The notes under the pieces are model-generated. The model did no database searches. It was not told where the DNA came from and saw nothing but the letters and a program-made list of their open reading frames with translations. A stretch of 64,000 nt of DNA from Coraliomargarita sp. (lineage in GTDB: Bacteria; Verrucomicrobiota; Verrucomicrobiia; Opitutales; Coraliomargaritaceae), in NCBI GenBank assembly GCA_965216325.1, contig OZ244160.1, forward strand, positions 2,784,001 to 2,848,000, given 5' to 3'. Below, piece by piece: positions 28,524 through 39,008 of this stretch. The number at the start of each line of letters is the position of its first letter. The stretch's first letter is position 1. Both the position numbers and the translations under genes were made by a program.

Positions 28524-29594
28524 TTATTTTTCAGACTGCTCAAGCTCAGATTTCTCAATCAGCTGATTCGCTTGATCAATCTCGTGACTGATCGCGTCGA
28601 TCATATCGTGCGTGACAAGCTCTCGGGCGATACGCACTGCATTGGCGATCGCAACGTAATTAGACGAGCCATGAGACTTGAGAATGTTGCCGCGCAGTCC
28701 AAGGAGTGGCGCGCCGGCATGCTGGTCCGGGCCCAGTCGGGTGCGCATGTCGCGGAAGGCCGATTTCGATAATGCGGCACCGACCATGCGCTTTGGATTA
28801 CGCACAAGTTCTTCCTTCAGTGTGCTGCCGATAAAGGAAAATAGGGACTCGCTGGCCTTGAGGACGATGTTACCGACGAAGCCATCGCACACCACGACAT
28901 CGACGTCGCCGTCAAAGAGTTGAAAGCCTTCGATCGGGCCCGTATAGTTGATGACGCCGTTGATCGCCTGCATGCGTGCATGTGTGGCGTTGATGAGGCT
29001 GTTGCCTTTGCCCTCTTCGGTGCCGATTGTCAGCAGGCCTACGCGGGGATTGGAGATGTCGAGCGCTGCTTTGGCGTAGTTTGCGCCGAGCACGGCATTG
29101 TGAGCCAGATTCTCTGGGGTGGATTCCGGGTTCGCACCGACGTCGATTAGGACGAAGGGCTTTTTCTTGCTCGGAACGATGATTCCCAGTGCCGGGCGGT
29201 CAACTCCGGGGAGTGGACGTAGGCGAAGCGTTCCGCCCGCCATGAGGGCGCCGGTGTTGCCGCAGCTGACAACAGCGTCTGCCTTGCCATCCTTGAGGAG
29301 GCCGATGGCTTGCACCATTGATGAGTTCTTTTTGCGCTTTAGAGCCTGAATCGGCTTTTCATCCATGCCGATGACTTGATCCGCGTGGTGAATTTGGATC
29401 TTCTCGGGATCAATGCTAAGCTTGCGCACCTTGAGCAAGCGTTTGAGTAAGCGCTCTTTGCCTACGAGGATGAGGTTACAATCGAGACCAAGTTCTTCGA
29501 TGGCATAAAAAAGCCCACGGATAAACTCGGTGGGCCCTTTGTCGCCTCCCATGGTGTCGACTGCAATGGTGCAGTTGACTGCGCTAGCGCCCAT
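28524..29594 (-). CDS. plsX: Phosphate acyltransferase PlsX
   Basis: IAVDTMGGD, GNTGA, IGTEEGKG, CDGFVGN, SHGSS. Confidence 0.96.
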   Translation of the reverse strand: MGASAVNCTIAVDTMGGDKGPTEFIRGLFYAIEELGLDCNLILVGKERLLKRLLKVRKLSIDPEKIQIHHADQVIGMDEKPIQALKRKKNSSMVQAIGLLKDGKADAVVSCGNTGALMAGGTLRLRPLPGVDRPALGIIVPSKKKPFVLIDVGANPESTPENLAHNAVLGANYAKAALDISNPRVGLLTIGTEEGKGNSLINATHARMQAINGVINYTGPIEGFQLFDGDVDVVVCDGFVGNIVLKASESLFSFIGSTLKEELVRNPKRMVGAALSKSAFRDMRTRLGPDQHAGAPLLGLRGNILKSHGSSNYVAIANAVRIARELVTHDMIDAISHEIDQANQLIEKSELEQSEK

Positions 29595-29631
29595 AGTCGG
29601 TTGTGATGTTAAATGATTGTGCAGTAGGTGC

Positions 29632-29811
<180 letters not shown>

Positions 29812-29944
29812 GGTAAATGTCTGGTTGAATTAATAAATTGTGTGCTGCGAACGAGGTTCTGCAAAAGAGCGGGGATTAAAGAGGCAAATTTGGCCCCGTC
29901 AAGTATTCTTATTGAGATAAATTGGCCTTTTCTGATGCTGTGCT

Positions 29945-30601
29945 CTACGCGAGTTTGAGCACGTCGGCAACCAGTTGATTGATGCCTCCTTCGGCCTCGA
30001 CGATGTTTTCTGCCAGCATGTAGGCTGGGGTTGTGACCACTTTGTTGGTGGTGTCGACTACGGTTTGGCCGACGGGGCAGTCGATATGTTGGGCGCCTTT
30101 GGCTGTCAGCGCAGCTGCAGTGTCCGCGTCGTTGCCGATAGTAACTTGCACGCCCTTATCGCCGAGTGCTGCGGCTGCGAGTGCCGGAGCGATACACATG
30201 AAGCCTAATGCTTTGCTGGTTGAGTGTGCTTGTTGAATAAGTTCCACTGCAGATTCAATGGCAGTGTAATCTGCGCCTTCAAAAGCAAGGTTGCACAGGT
30301 TCTTTGCCGCTCCAAAACCGCCGACAAAGATGATTGCGTCGAAATCGTCGACCTTGAGTTCTTCGAGTGCGGTGATCGGGCCACGTGATATGCGGGCTGC
30401 TTCAGCGAGCACGTTGCGAGTCTCGCCTTCGGCAGGGGCACCGGCAGCGTGGTTGATGACATGCGCTTGTTCGATGTCGGGAGCTGCACAGGTGATTTTC
30501 GCGCCCGCGCGTGTCAACGCGAGTAGGGTGAGCACCGCTTCGTGAATTTCGGCGCCATCATAGACGCCGCAGCCGGATAGAATAACAGCAACTTTTTTCA
30601 T
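29945..30601 (-). CDS. elbB: ElbB / DJ-1-PfpI family glyoxalase
   Basis: LSGCGVYDGAEIHE, GGFGAAKNL, MCIAP, TTPAYM. Confidence 0.92.
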   Translation of the reverse strand: MKKVAVILSGCGVYDGAEIHEAVLTLLALTRAGAKITCAAPDIEQAHVINHAAGAPAEGETRNVLAEAARISRGPITALEELKVDDFDAIIFVGGFGAAKNLCNLAFEGADYTAIESAVELIQQAHSTSKALGFMCIAPALAAAALGDKGVQVTIGNDADTAAALTAKGAQHIDCPVGQTVVDTTNKVVTTPAYMLAENIVEAEGGINQLVADVLKLA

Positions 30602-30651
30602 GCTCTCTTAGTTAGCTGTTTTGTGCGCTTTGCCAAGTTCCTGATTGGAAA

Positions 30652-31662
30652 TTAGGCGAGTGTAAGCAGTACTAATATCGCTAGGCCGATGCGATACCAG
30701 GCAAACAGTGCCAGACCATGTTTGCTTAGGTAGGCAACCAGCCATTTGATCGCCAGTGCCGCCGCCACGAAGGCGACTAGGCAACCGACCAGAACCGGGC
30801 CTACGGAAAGGCCTTGGATCATTTCCGGTCCATCTTTTAGCATGGTGTATCCGGATGCGGCGCTGAGTGTGATGAGTCCTAGAAGGAAGCTGAACTCTGC
30901 GGCATGTGCAGGTGAGAGGCCCGCCATGTAGCCGCCCACGATAGTTGCCATCGAGCGGCTGGTCCCGGGCCACATGGCGAGGCATTGGATGCATCCGATC
31001 ATAAAGGCTTTGTGTAGTGGTAGGGTATAGATTGTGGGCCCGTCATAGGGGGGGATTGCACCTTGTTTACCTTTATGACGCCAGCGTTCGACGATGAGCA
31101 TGACGACTGCACCCACCACGAGTGCGCCAACCACCGCATGAATGTTATCGCCCAGGAACTCTTCGATCAAGTCGTTGAGCAGGAGGCCGATAACGGCTGC
31201 AGGCAGGAACGCGACGAGTAGGTTGAGTGCGAGTTGTCGTCCTTTCGGGTCAATGCCGACGATACCCATTATTATATGTAAGATACTCTCCCAGTAGAGC
31301 CAGACTACTGCGATGATCGCTCCGGCTTGAATCACGATTACGTAATCGTAAGCGGCTTCACCGATTGTGTAGGGGCGCGGAGTGCCGTCATCGCCCGTAA
31401 TCATAATTACTTGCCCGTCTTTTGTTGTGGCGGGAGTGTCGCCGTCGAGGCCCAGCACTGCATTGGTAAGGATTAGATGCCCGGTTGAAGAAACTGGCAG
31501 GTATTCGGTGATGCCTTCGACGAGTCCTAATACAATGGCATCTGAGTAGCTGAGTGCACGCGCTTGTTCTGCCTGTGCCGCTTCGGGTGTTTCGTTCGCT
31601 GAGGTAAGCAGTAGTAGTGTGCCGGCAAGCCAGCAAAAGAGAATGTTAATGGTCCGAAGCAT
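30652..31662 (-). CDS. uppP: Undecaprenyl-diphosphate phosphatase
   Basis: EGITEYLPVSSTGH, PGTSRS, AAEFSFLL. Confidence 0.93.
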   Translation of the reverse strand: MLRTINILFCWLAGTLLLLTSANETPEAAQAEQARALSYSDAIVLGLVEGITEYLPVSSTGHLILTNAVLGLDGDTPATTKDGQVIMITGDDGTPRPYTIGEAAYDYVIVIQAGAIIAVVWLYWESILHIIMGIVGIDPKGRQLALNLLVAFLPAAVIGLLLNDLIEEFLGDNIHAVVGALVVGAVVMLIVERWRHKGKQGAIPPYDGPTIYTLPLHKAFMIGCIQCLAMWPGTSRSMATIVGGYMAGLSPAHAAEFSFLLGLITLSAASGYTMLKDGPEMIQGLSVGPVLVGCLVAFVAAALAIKWLVAYLSKHGLALFAWYRIGLAILVLLTLA

Positions 31663-31874
31663 AAGGGCGGTTAGCTATAGCTGCATCGTGAGAGATGTGA
31701 AGGGCAAAAGCTCTGTTCTGGATCACAAAGTCGCGCGCGGGCGAGTCTGTTCGTCTTCGGGAATATGTTAAAAACCATTGAATGGCTTACTACGAAATCG
31801 ACCGTATATGATGAGTGTGGTATTTTTGCTTGTGGTTAGTTTCGGAAGTCATTGCTTTCCCTAGCGTCACAGTC

Positions 31875-32933
31875 ATGCACGATATCGAAACACTTACCCA
31901 GGCCGTCACGAGCGGTGAATCTCTCAGTCTCGAATCCGCGAGCGGCGCAGCTCAAGCCTTGGCAAGTCCAGAGGTTGCGGCTGTATCGAAGAAAGCCTTT
32001 CTGTGTGCCTTGGCGAATAAGGGCGAGACCGCTATTGAGGTTGCTGGATTTGCCAGTGCGTTTCGAGAGCTAGCGATCGATCCGCAAGTTGGAGAGTGGT
32101 CTGCTCGTGCAATTGATATTGTTGGCACGGGCGGCGATGGTGCGGGCACTTTCAATATTTCAACGGCAGTCTCATTTCTGGTAGCGGCGAGCGGTGTGCC
32201 TGTTTTGAAGCATGGTAATCGTTCGATTACATCCAAATGTGGTAGTGCTGACATGATTGAAGCGGTCGGTGTTCGTTTGGATGCCTCGCACGAAGTGTTG
32301 CGCGAATCGATCCGCGAACTGAATTTTTGCTTCTTTTTTGCACCGGCCTTCCATCCCGCTTTTAAGGAGATTATGCCAGTGCGCAAGGAGCTTGCGGCTG
32401 AAGGCCAGCGCACGATCTTTAATCTGCTTGGGCCGTTGATTAACCCCGGGTGTCCAGCGCATCAGCTCATGGGGGTATTTTCCGAAGGCTGGGTTGCGCC
32501 TCTGGCGTCTGCGCTGAATGAGTTGGGCCTGAAGCGTGGTTTAGTGGTGCATGGTCGCCCAACTCCGCAGCAGCCGCTCGATGAATTGAGTTGTGCGGGC
32601 GAGAATATTGTTGCGGGCTTTGGCGAGCTGGCCTCCGTGAACGGTCCGCTGAGCCCGATGGATGCAGGTTTAGCTCCGTGTGATTTTAGCGATCTTGCCG
32701 GTGGGGATGCCGAAGCAAACTTGCAACTAATGCGAGCGTTGATGTCTGGCTCCGCCGATGCGGTTCCAGCTGGCTTGCGTGATACCGTCTTGCTGAATGC
32801 AGGGGCAGCGCTCTGGTCCGTGGGGCGTGCGGACGATCTTAAGTCTGGAGTCGAGCAGGCGCGGGCGACTTTGGAGAGTGGCGCAGTGGAAGCCTGGCTC
32901 GGTAAGGTGAAGGAGTTTTACGCCTCCAAGTAA
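31875..32933 (+). CDS. trpD: Anthranilate phosphoribosyltransferase
   Basis: DIVGTGGDG..FNIST, KHGNRSITSKCGSAD, RTIFNLLGPL; start set at ATG 31875. Confidence 0.95.
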   Translation: MHDIETLTQAVTSGESLSLESASGAAQALASPEVAAVSKKAFLCALANKGETAIEVAGFASAFRELAIDPQVGEWSARAIDIVGTGGDGAGTFNISTAVSFLVAASGVPVLKHGNRSITSKCGSADMIEAVGVRLDASHEVLRESIRELNFCFFFAPAFHPAFKEIMPVRKELAAEGQRTIFNLLGPLINPGCPAHQLMGVFSEGWVAPLASALNELGLKRGLVVHGRPTPQQPLDELSCAGENIVAGFGELASVNGPLSPMDAGLAPCDFSDLAGGDAEANLQLMRALMSGSADAVPAGLRDTVLLNAGAALWSVGRADDLKSGVEQARATLESGAVEAWLGKVKEFYASK

Positions 32934-32946
32934 GCAACAAGGAATT

Positions 32947-34311
32947 ATGGGAAAGTATTTTGGAACGGATGGCATTCGCGGGGCGGTGGGCTCTGAGTGC
33001 ATTAATGAAGTTTTTGCATTCCGTATGGGCTATGCGCTCGGCGAGTATTTGAACGGTTCTGAGGATGGGGCTCCGCGGCATGTGGTGATTGGCCGTGATA
33101 CCCGTATGAGTGGTCAGGATTTAGCGGATGCCATGACGCGCGGTCTAAACGCGCGCGGTGTGTATGTGCATGACCTTGGCATTGTACCGACGCCTGCAGT
33201 TGCTCAGGTCGTTATCGAGCGACATGCAGATCTGGGAGTTGTCATCACTGCATCCCACAATCCATATACGGACAATGGGATTAAGCTCTTTGACTCTGCC
33301 GGCTGTAAATTCAGTCAGGAGGAGGAGCTCGTTATTGAGCGCTTTATTGAGCAGGCTCAGGCGATTGATGTGGATTCTGGGCAGCAGTCTGCTTCTGCGG
33401 ACTCATATCCACTCGATGGTGCGTCTTATTACATTAATCGGATCAGTTCACTCATGCATCAAAACTGCATGTGCAAGTTGAAGATCGTTTTGGATGTTGC
33501 CAATGGTGCGACCTGCGAGACTTCGCCAGCCGTTTTTCGGCAGCTGGGTGCGGATCTGATTCTGGTCGGCGACAACCCGGATGGTGAGAACATCAATGCG
33601 GGGGTGGGCAGCGAGCATCCGGAACTGCTTGGCAAAGCGGTTCGCGATCACCAGGCCAATGTCGGCATTGCGCACGATGGCGATGGTGATCGATTGGTCG
33701 TTTGCGATGAGAACGGTGATGCGATAGATGGCGACGTGATTCTTGGCCTCTTTGGCCTGTATGCGCTGCGTTCAGGTGCCTTGGCTCAGAATACATTAGT
33801 TGCGACGATTCAGAGCAACCTCGGGCTGGATGCTGCGATTAAGCGTGAGGGCGGTCAGGTTCAGCGTGTGGATATTGGTGACCGTAATGTCGCTGCGCGC
33901 ATGCGGGAAATTGGCGCTAATTTTGGTGGCGAGAACTCGGGGCATATTATCTTTTCCGATTTTGCCAGCACGGGCGACGGGCTATTGGCCGCGCTTAAGC
34001 TGGTCGATTTAATGTGCAAGACGGGCAAGCCATTGTCCGAACTTGCCACTGAGGTGTCGTTGTTTCCGCAGTTTACGGCTAATCTCAAGGTGGAGGAAAA
34101 GTTGCCGCTTGATGGCTTAGCGACTGTTCAGGCTGCACTGAAAGCGATTGGAGCGGATCTTGGGGAGGAGGGGCGTGTTCTGATTCGCTATTCCGGGACC
34201 GAGCCGAAATTGCGTCTTCTAGTCGAGGGGCCAGAGCCGAAGGCTGTCGAGGCTGCGCTGGAATCACTGAAAAAGGCCTGTCAGGCGGATTTGCAGGTAA
34301 TTGGTGGTTGA
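32947..34311 (+). CDS. glmM: Phosphoglucosamine mutase
   Basis: YFGTDGIRG, ITASHNP, DGDGDR, GGENSGH, RYSGTEP. Confidence 0.95.
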   Translation: MGKYFGTDGIRGAVGSECINEVFAFRMGYALGEYLNGSEDGAPRHVVIGRDTRMSGQDLADAMTRGLNARGVYVHDLGIVPTPAVAQVVIERHADLGVVITASHNPYTDNGIKLFDSAGCKFSQEEELVIERFIEQAQAIDVDSGQQSASADSYPLDGASYYINRISSLMHQNCMCKLKIVLDVANGATCETSPAVFRQLGADLILVGDNPDGENINAGVGSEHPELLGKAVRDHQANVGIAHDGDGDRLVVCDENGDAIDGDVILGLFGLYALRSGALAQNTLVATIQSNLGLDAAIKREGGQVQRVDIGDRNVAARMREIGANFGGENSGHIIFSDFASTGDGLLAALKLVDLMCKTGKPLSELATEVSLFPQFTANLKVEEKLPLDGLATVQAALKAIGADLGEEGRVLIRYSGTEPKLRLLVEGPEPKAVEAALESLKKACQADLQVIGG

Positions 34312-34451
34312 CCGTAGGCCAGTGAGGGCGCAGCTATAAAGGCTTGTTTACACACACTTGTTATTCGTTTCCCCACCGATTGCCGCTAATCTGATGTGCC
34401 AGCACAGAGGCTATTGATTTTCTGAATTCTAATTCTGACTCCTTTTTAATT

Positions 34452-35858
34452 ATGGAAGAAATTACCCTGAAAGATCTGGATCCCCGTCTACAAAAGCAAA
34501 TTGAGAATGCCCGTAAGTCTTTGGATAAGAATTCAACTTACTCTGTCGACGTGTTGACCAATATTGTGAATCGCAATCCGGGCTGTGTGGAGGCTCGTCA
34601 ATTCTTGCGCCAGGCACAGCAACGAGCAGCCGGGGGGAAGACCAAGGGCTTTGGTAAGCTACTCAGTAAGGTTACCAGTATCCCATTCTCTATGGGAAGT
34701 GACTCGAAGGTGAAAAAGGACCCCGCCAAGGCGATGGAATCTGCTGAAGATTTGCTCAAGGCTAATCCAGAAAATCCTGTTGGGCATAAGCTCTTGGGGG
34801 CAGGCGCTGAGGAACTGGGCTTGTTTGGGACCGCTGCCTTTGCCTATGAAACCCTGTATAAGATCGAGCCAGATAATTACGAGAACATCAAGTCCCTGAT
34901 GAATGCTTATATTGAGCTTGGTCGCGCGGAAGAGGCAATACGTCTGGGAGAAGCGGCTTATCGTAAAAATCCCGCAGACGATGAAGTGCAGGCCCTCGTC
35001 AAAAAGGCCTCTGTCCAGCAGACCATGGAGAAGGGGAAGTGGGAAGAGGATAAGAGCTTCCGCGAAAAACTTAAGGACGAAGATGAAGCGCAGAAGCTGG
35101 AGCAGGCTTCTCGTGCTCAGACGGGTGAAGCAGGTCTGCGCATGCTGATCGAAGAGGCGAAGAAGGGCCTCGAAGAAGAACCGGGCAACATGAATCTCTA
35201 CCGTGACCTTGCGAGCCACTATCGCAAGCTCGGTGAGTTTGACAATGCGCTTGAGTGGGTTGGTAAGGCCCGTGAAACCGAAGCTGGCCGCGCCGACGTC
35301 AACCTCGAGCGTATGGTCGCAACTTTGAAGCGCGAGAAGATGACTGCTGCGATCACCGAGCAGGAAGCGATCCTTGAGGGCGACCCGGAGAATGCTGCGG
35401 CTACTGCGGAGCTTGAGAAGCTTCGTGCTGAGGAGCATGCCTTCCGGCGCGAGCAGGCTGAAGATCTTGTTCAGCGCTATCCGAATGAATTCAGCTACCG
35501 TTACGAATTGGGTGAACTCTACTTCGAAGATGGTGAGGTCGATGCCTCAATCAAGGAACTGCAGCTGGCGCTGCGTGCACCTAAGGTGCGTGTGAATGCG
35601 CTCATCCTCCTCGGTAAGGCTTACAAGGCGAAGACTTTCTACGACATGGCAGCCGAGCAGTTCACGACTGCAAAGGGCGAAATCCCAGGCGTTAGTGATC
35701 AGAAGAAGGATGTGCTGTATGAGCTTGGTAATTGCTACGAGCTACAAGGTAAAATGGACGAAGCGATGGTCGAATACAAGGCGCTGTATGGGGCGGACAT
35801 TGCTTATCGCGACGTGGCGCAAAAGATCGACGACTTCTACACCAAGAAGAACGATTAG
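34452..35858 (+). CDS. TPR-repeat protein
   Basis: Helical repeats ending YELG...Y..DIAYRDVAQKI; strong codon bias. Confidence 0.8.
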   Translation: MEEITLKDLDPRLQKQIENARKSLDKNSTYSVDVLTNIVNRNPGCVEARQFLRQAQQRAAGGKTKGFGKLLSKVTSIPFSMGSDSKVKKDPAKAMESAEDLLKANPENPVGHKLLGAGAEELGLFGTAAFAYETLYKIEPDNYENIKSLMNAYIELGRAEEAIRLGEAAYRKNPADDEVQALVKKASVQQTMEKGKWEEDKSFREKLKDEDEAQKLEQASRAQTGEAGLRMLIEEAKKGLEEEPGNMNLYRDLASHYRKLGEFDNALEWVGKARETEAGRADVNLERMVATLKREKMTAAITEQEAILEGDPENAAATAELEKLRAEEHAFRREQAEDLVQRYPNEFSYRYELGELYFEDGEVDASIKELQLALRAPKVRVNALILLGKAYKAKTFYDMAAEQFTTAKGEIPGVSDQKKDVLYELGNCYELQGKMDEAMVEYKALYGADIAYRDVAQKIDDFYTKKND

Positions 35859-35885
35859 GCCTTCGATCGAACTGATATTCTTTTT

Positions 35886-35919
35886 AAAGCGCTGCTCGTA
35901 ATGGGCAGCGCTTTTTTTT
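35886..35919 (+). terminator. Intrinsic terminator
   Basis: AAAGCGCTGCTC-GTAAT-GGGCAGCGCTTT followed by a T run. Confidence 0.85.
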
Positions 35920-36009
35920 GTGCATTGTCTAATCTTAGAGCATGCTCCTTGGGTATTGCTTATCTAGTGCTTGAATTGCGACAAATCGGCACTCATGATG
36001 GTGAGCAAA

Positions 36010-37086
36010 ATGAAATTACAGCGCCTCGCACTTTCTCTGTTTATTGTCGTAACGGTTTTTTATCTGTTGCACATCGGGCAGGCGCTTCTGCAGCCAATCG
36101 TAATTGCTGGGGTGATTGCCTATCTGATCAGCATTCTCTCGCATGCGATTAGTTGGGTTCGGGTTGGCAGTTTTCAGATGCCGCGAGCTTTGGCGATGGT
36201 TTTGGCTATTGGAATTATCTTAACTTCGCTGACACTGTTGATTCAGCTGATCACGGTGAACATTACGAGTGTGGTGCAGAAGGCTCCGCACTTTCAGGAG
36301 AATCTCGAAAGTCGAATCTATGAAGGCTATGCACTTTTTGGGGTGGAGCGGGAGGAGGCTCCCAATCTCCGAGAGTTTTTGAATGAGATCGACATTCGTA
36401 GCTACTTGCAGGATTTCGGCCGCACAGTGCGTAACATTATCAGTCGCACGGGAATTATTTTCGTCTACCTGATCTTTCTTCTCTTTGAGCAGCGCACCTT
36501 CCGGCCCAAGATTAAGGCGATGTTCCCCGATAAGTTCCAGCAGCGTGAAGTGTTTACGATCATCGACCATATCCGTAAAGATGTGCGTTCCTACCTGGGT
36601 ATTAAGGTGCTGACCAGTGCGGCAACCGGTCTGATTAGCTATATTATTCTGCGCTTTGTGGGACTTGAGTTTGCTAGCTTCTGGGCAGTATTGATTTTTC
36701 TGCTGAACTTTATCCCCACGATTGGTTCAATCATTGCGACAATCTTTCCGTCCGCCTTGGCGCTGGTTCAGTTTGATACCATTGGGCCCTTCGTTTTAGT
36801 GGTCGTCCTGCTGACGAGCGTGCAGATTCTGATCGGTAGCTTTATCGATCCGAAGTTGATGGGCAACAAGTTGAACCTCAGTCCGATGGTCATTCTGATT
36901 TCTCTCGGATTGTGGGGCGCTGTGTGGGGCATCCCCGGGATGTTCCTCTGTGTGCCGTTTACGGTGATCATTATGATCATTTGTGCCTACTTCCCATCAA
37001 CGCGTCCAATTGCGATTATGCTGTCTGGAAACGGTCAGCTTACGATCGGGCAAGACGAGCTGATCAGGGGCAGGACGGAGTCGTAG
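36010..37086 (+). CDS. AI-2E family transporter
   Basis: Multiple TM helices; LNFIPTIGS, PKLMGNKLNLSP, WGAVWGIPGMFLCVP. Confidence 0.9.
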   Translation: MKLQRLALSLFIVVTVFYLLHIGQALLQPIVIAGVIAYLISILSHAISWVRVGSFQMPRALAMVLAIGIILTSLTLLIQLITVNITSVVQKAPHFQENLESRIYEGYALFGVEREEAPNLREFLNEIDIRSYLQDFGRTVRNIISRTGIIFVYLIFLLFEQRTFRPKIKAMFPDKFQQREVFTIIDHIRKDVRSYLGIKVLTSAATGLISYIILRFVGLEFASFWAVLIFLLNFIPTIGSIIATIFPSALALVQFDTIGPFVLVVVLLTSVQILIGSFIDPKLMGNKLNLSPMVILISLGLWGAVWGIPGMFLCVPFTVIIMIICAYFPSTRPIAIMLSGNGQLTIGQDELIRGRTES

Positions 37087-37188
37087 GCTGATTCCTTCAA
37101 TTTGGATCTAAGGCGGGCTGGGGGAGCCTGTTGGTTTTGTGCTGCCTGTACCCATGGCTCGTTTGGGCCTTGTAACAACTTGTTCGCC

Positions 37189-37197
37189 TGTGGATAA
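37189..37197 (-). promoter_or_regulatory. Perfect DnaA box upstream of the dcw cluster
   Basis: TGTGGATAA (reverse complement TTATCCACA). Confidence 0.5.
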
Positions 37198-37276
37198 GTG
37201 GATCAAGATCTTGCTCAGGAGTGACTTAAGTTACTTATGCCCAATTTGTTCACAGTGATTTGTGGCGGAATTTTTC

Positions 37277-37318
37277 TTGACTGGTGGGGTGAAATGGGGC
37301 GATATGGGGCGTATTGGT
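37277..37318 (+). promoter_or_regulatory. dcw promoter with MraZ-binding direct repeats
   Basis: TTGACT (-35) at 37277, then TGGGG at 37285, 37295 and 37305 and TGGT at 37315 (10-bp period), immediately upstream of mraZ. Confidence 0.8.
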
Positions 37319-37333
37319 AAGCCAAGCTAACGA

Positions 37334-37798
37334 ATGGGTCTATTAAACATAGGAGGTTTTGTCGGTGAATTTCACCACAACGTGGATGACAAGGGTCGTC
37401 TCACGATCCCTTCTGCGTGGCGCCCAGAGCAGGGTAGCGAGGAAAATATGTTCCTTGCATTGCCGAATCACACTCGTGGTTGTGTCACTGTTTATCCTCC
37501 GAAGATGATCAAGCAGCTCGAAGAGCGTATTTCGCAGATCAGCCTTGGGGATGAAGAGGGGCAGCAGGCGATTGCCGAACTGATGGCCATGGCGCACAGC
37601 TTTAGCTGCGATAAGTCGGGCCGCATTAATTTAAACGACAAGCTGATCTCGTTTGCGGAGATCAAGAAGGGCGCAGTCCTTCTTGGTACGCTTTCGACCT
37701 TCAGCATCTACAGCGAAGAAGTTTACGAAGCCATGAGCACAAAGGCACCGAGCGATCCCGCAAAGCGCGCAGAGGTGTTCAAGCGTTTCGGACTTTAA
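37334..37798 (+). CDS. mraZ: Transcriptional repressor MraZ
   Basis: [16 protein letters not shown] and DKSGRI SpoVT/AbrB repeats; first gene of dcw. Confidence 0.93.
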   Translation: MGLLNIGGFVGEFHHNVDDKGRLTIPSAWRPEQGSEENMFLALPNHTRGCVTVYPPKMIKQLEERISQISLGDEEGQQAIAELMAMAHSFSCDKSGRINLNDKLISFAEIKKGAVLLGTLSTFSIYSEEVYEAMSTKAPSDPAKRAEVFKRFGL

Positions 37799-37818
37799 TC
37801 TAAACCCAAGGCGAACCT

Positions 37819-38052
37819 ATGCGAAACGTCCTCCAAGCCATTGCACGCGAAAATTTCCGGTCCTCCGGATACATCACCCATCCGGGTGGCGAGCGACGCA
37901 AGCCATGGACGTTCACCAATCCGCCGAAGAGCCCTTTTTTGATAACTGACACCGTTAGCGTGGCGCTGCAACGCCGCGAGAACGCATTACTACGACAACG
38001 ACCGAAAACCTCCCTCATAAGACACTGCCTGAATGTTATCCTCCATCGATGA
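37819..38052 (+). CDS. Small hypothetical ORF between mraZ and rsmH (77 aa)
   Basis: ATG-started ORF that fills the gap and overlaps the rsmH start; no recognisable motif. Confidence 0.35.
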   Translation: MRNVLQAIARENFRSSGYITHPGGERRKPWTFTNPPKSPFLITDTVSVALQRRENALLRQRPKTSLIRHCLNVILHR

Positions 38053-38989
38053 TACTTTGAATCCTGCCGCATTTGGTGGCCACATTCCCGTTTTGCTCCG
38101 CGAAACGCTGGAATTGTTGAGCCCGCGTGCAGGAGCAAAGCTACTTGATGGAACGTTTGGGGGTGGCGGCCACACTCGAGCTGTGCTCAGTGCGGCCGAG
38201 GGAGTGACGGTTGTGGCGACGGATCGTGACCCGGCCGCAGCGCCGCGTGCGGAAAAAGTTAAAGCTGAGTTTGGTGATCGCTTCCGCTTCTACGCCATGA
38301 ACTTTGGCGATCTTGCGGAGTTGGAAGAGGAGGGATTCGATGGCATTCTGTTCGACTTTGGACTGTCCTCTTTCCAGCTGGATACCGCCGAGCGAGGCTT
38401 CTCATTTCGCGAAGATGCACCGGTAGACATGCGCATGAATCCGAATGCGGGCATTAGCGCAGCCGAGTTCTTGGAAACCGCCGATGAGGAGGCACTCGTT
38501 CGCGCGGTGCGCAACTATGGTGAGGAAAAGCGTTGGCGTCGCGTGGTTCAGTCGATTATCGATGCACGTGGAACCGGCCGTCTGCAACGCACGCAGTCAC
38601 TTGCCGAGTTGGTAACAGATGCAGTTGGCCCGACACCACGAGGGCGCAAGGCCGTCCATCCGGCAACACGAACCTTTCAAGGAATAAGAGTAGAGGTGAA
38701 TGATGAGTTGAGTGCGATCGAGCGTGGTTTGCCAGCTGCGTTCGATCGCCTCTTGCCTGGCGGCGTGTTGGCCGCGATCAGCTTTCATTCACTCGAAGAC
38801 CGTATCGTCAAGCGCTTCTGCCGTAAGATGGCAGGCCGTCCTGAGCACGCAGGTGATACACGCACCCAGGATGAGCGCGTCGTGCAAGCCAAGATGATTT
38901 CCACGCGCCCGATCTCACCAGCGGATGATGAGATCAGCATTAACCCGCGCAGCCGCAGCGCCCGTATGCGCACACTTCGCAAACTTTAA
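38033..38989 (+). CDS. rsmH: 16S rRNA m4C1402 methyltransferase
   Basis: HIPVLL, DGTFGGGGH, RGFSF, ISFHSLEDRIVK, NPRSRSA. Confidence 0.96.
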   Translation: MLSSIDDTLNPAAFGGHIPVLLRETLELLSPRAGAKLLDGTFGGGGHTRAVLSAAEGVTVVATDRDPAAAPRAEKVKAEFGDRFRFYAMNFGDLAELEEEGFDGILFDFGLSSFQLDTAERGFSFREDAPVDMRMNPNAGISAAEFLETADEEALVRAVRNYGEEKRWRRVVQSIIDARGTGRLQRTQSLAELVTDAVGPTPRGRKAVHPATRTFQGIRVEVNDELSAIERGLPAAFDRLLPGGVLAAISFHSLEDRIVKRFCRKMAGRPEHAGDTRTQDERVVQAKMISTRPISPADDEISINPRSRSARMRTLRKL

Positions 38990-39008
38990 CTAACCAAATA
39001 CTACTGCT

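Noticed and set aside
34659..35438. 259-aa antisense ORF within the TPR gene
   Set aside because: A Leu-rich shadow of a Glu/Lys-rich sense gene.
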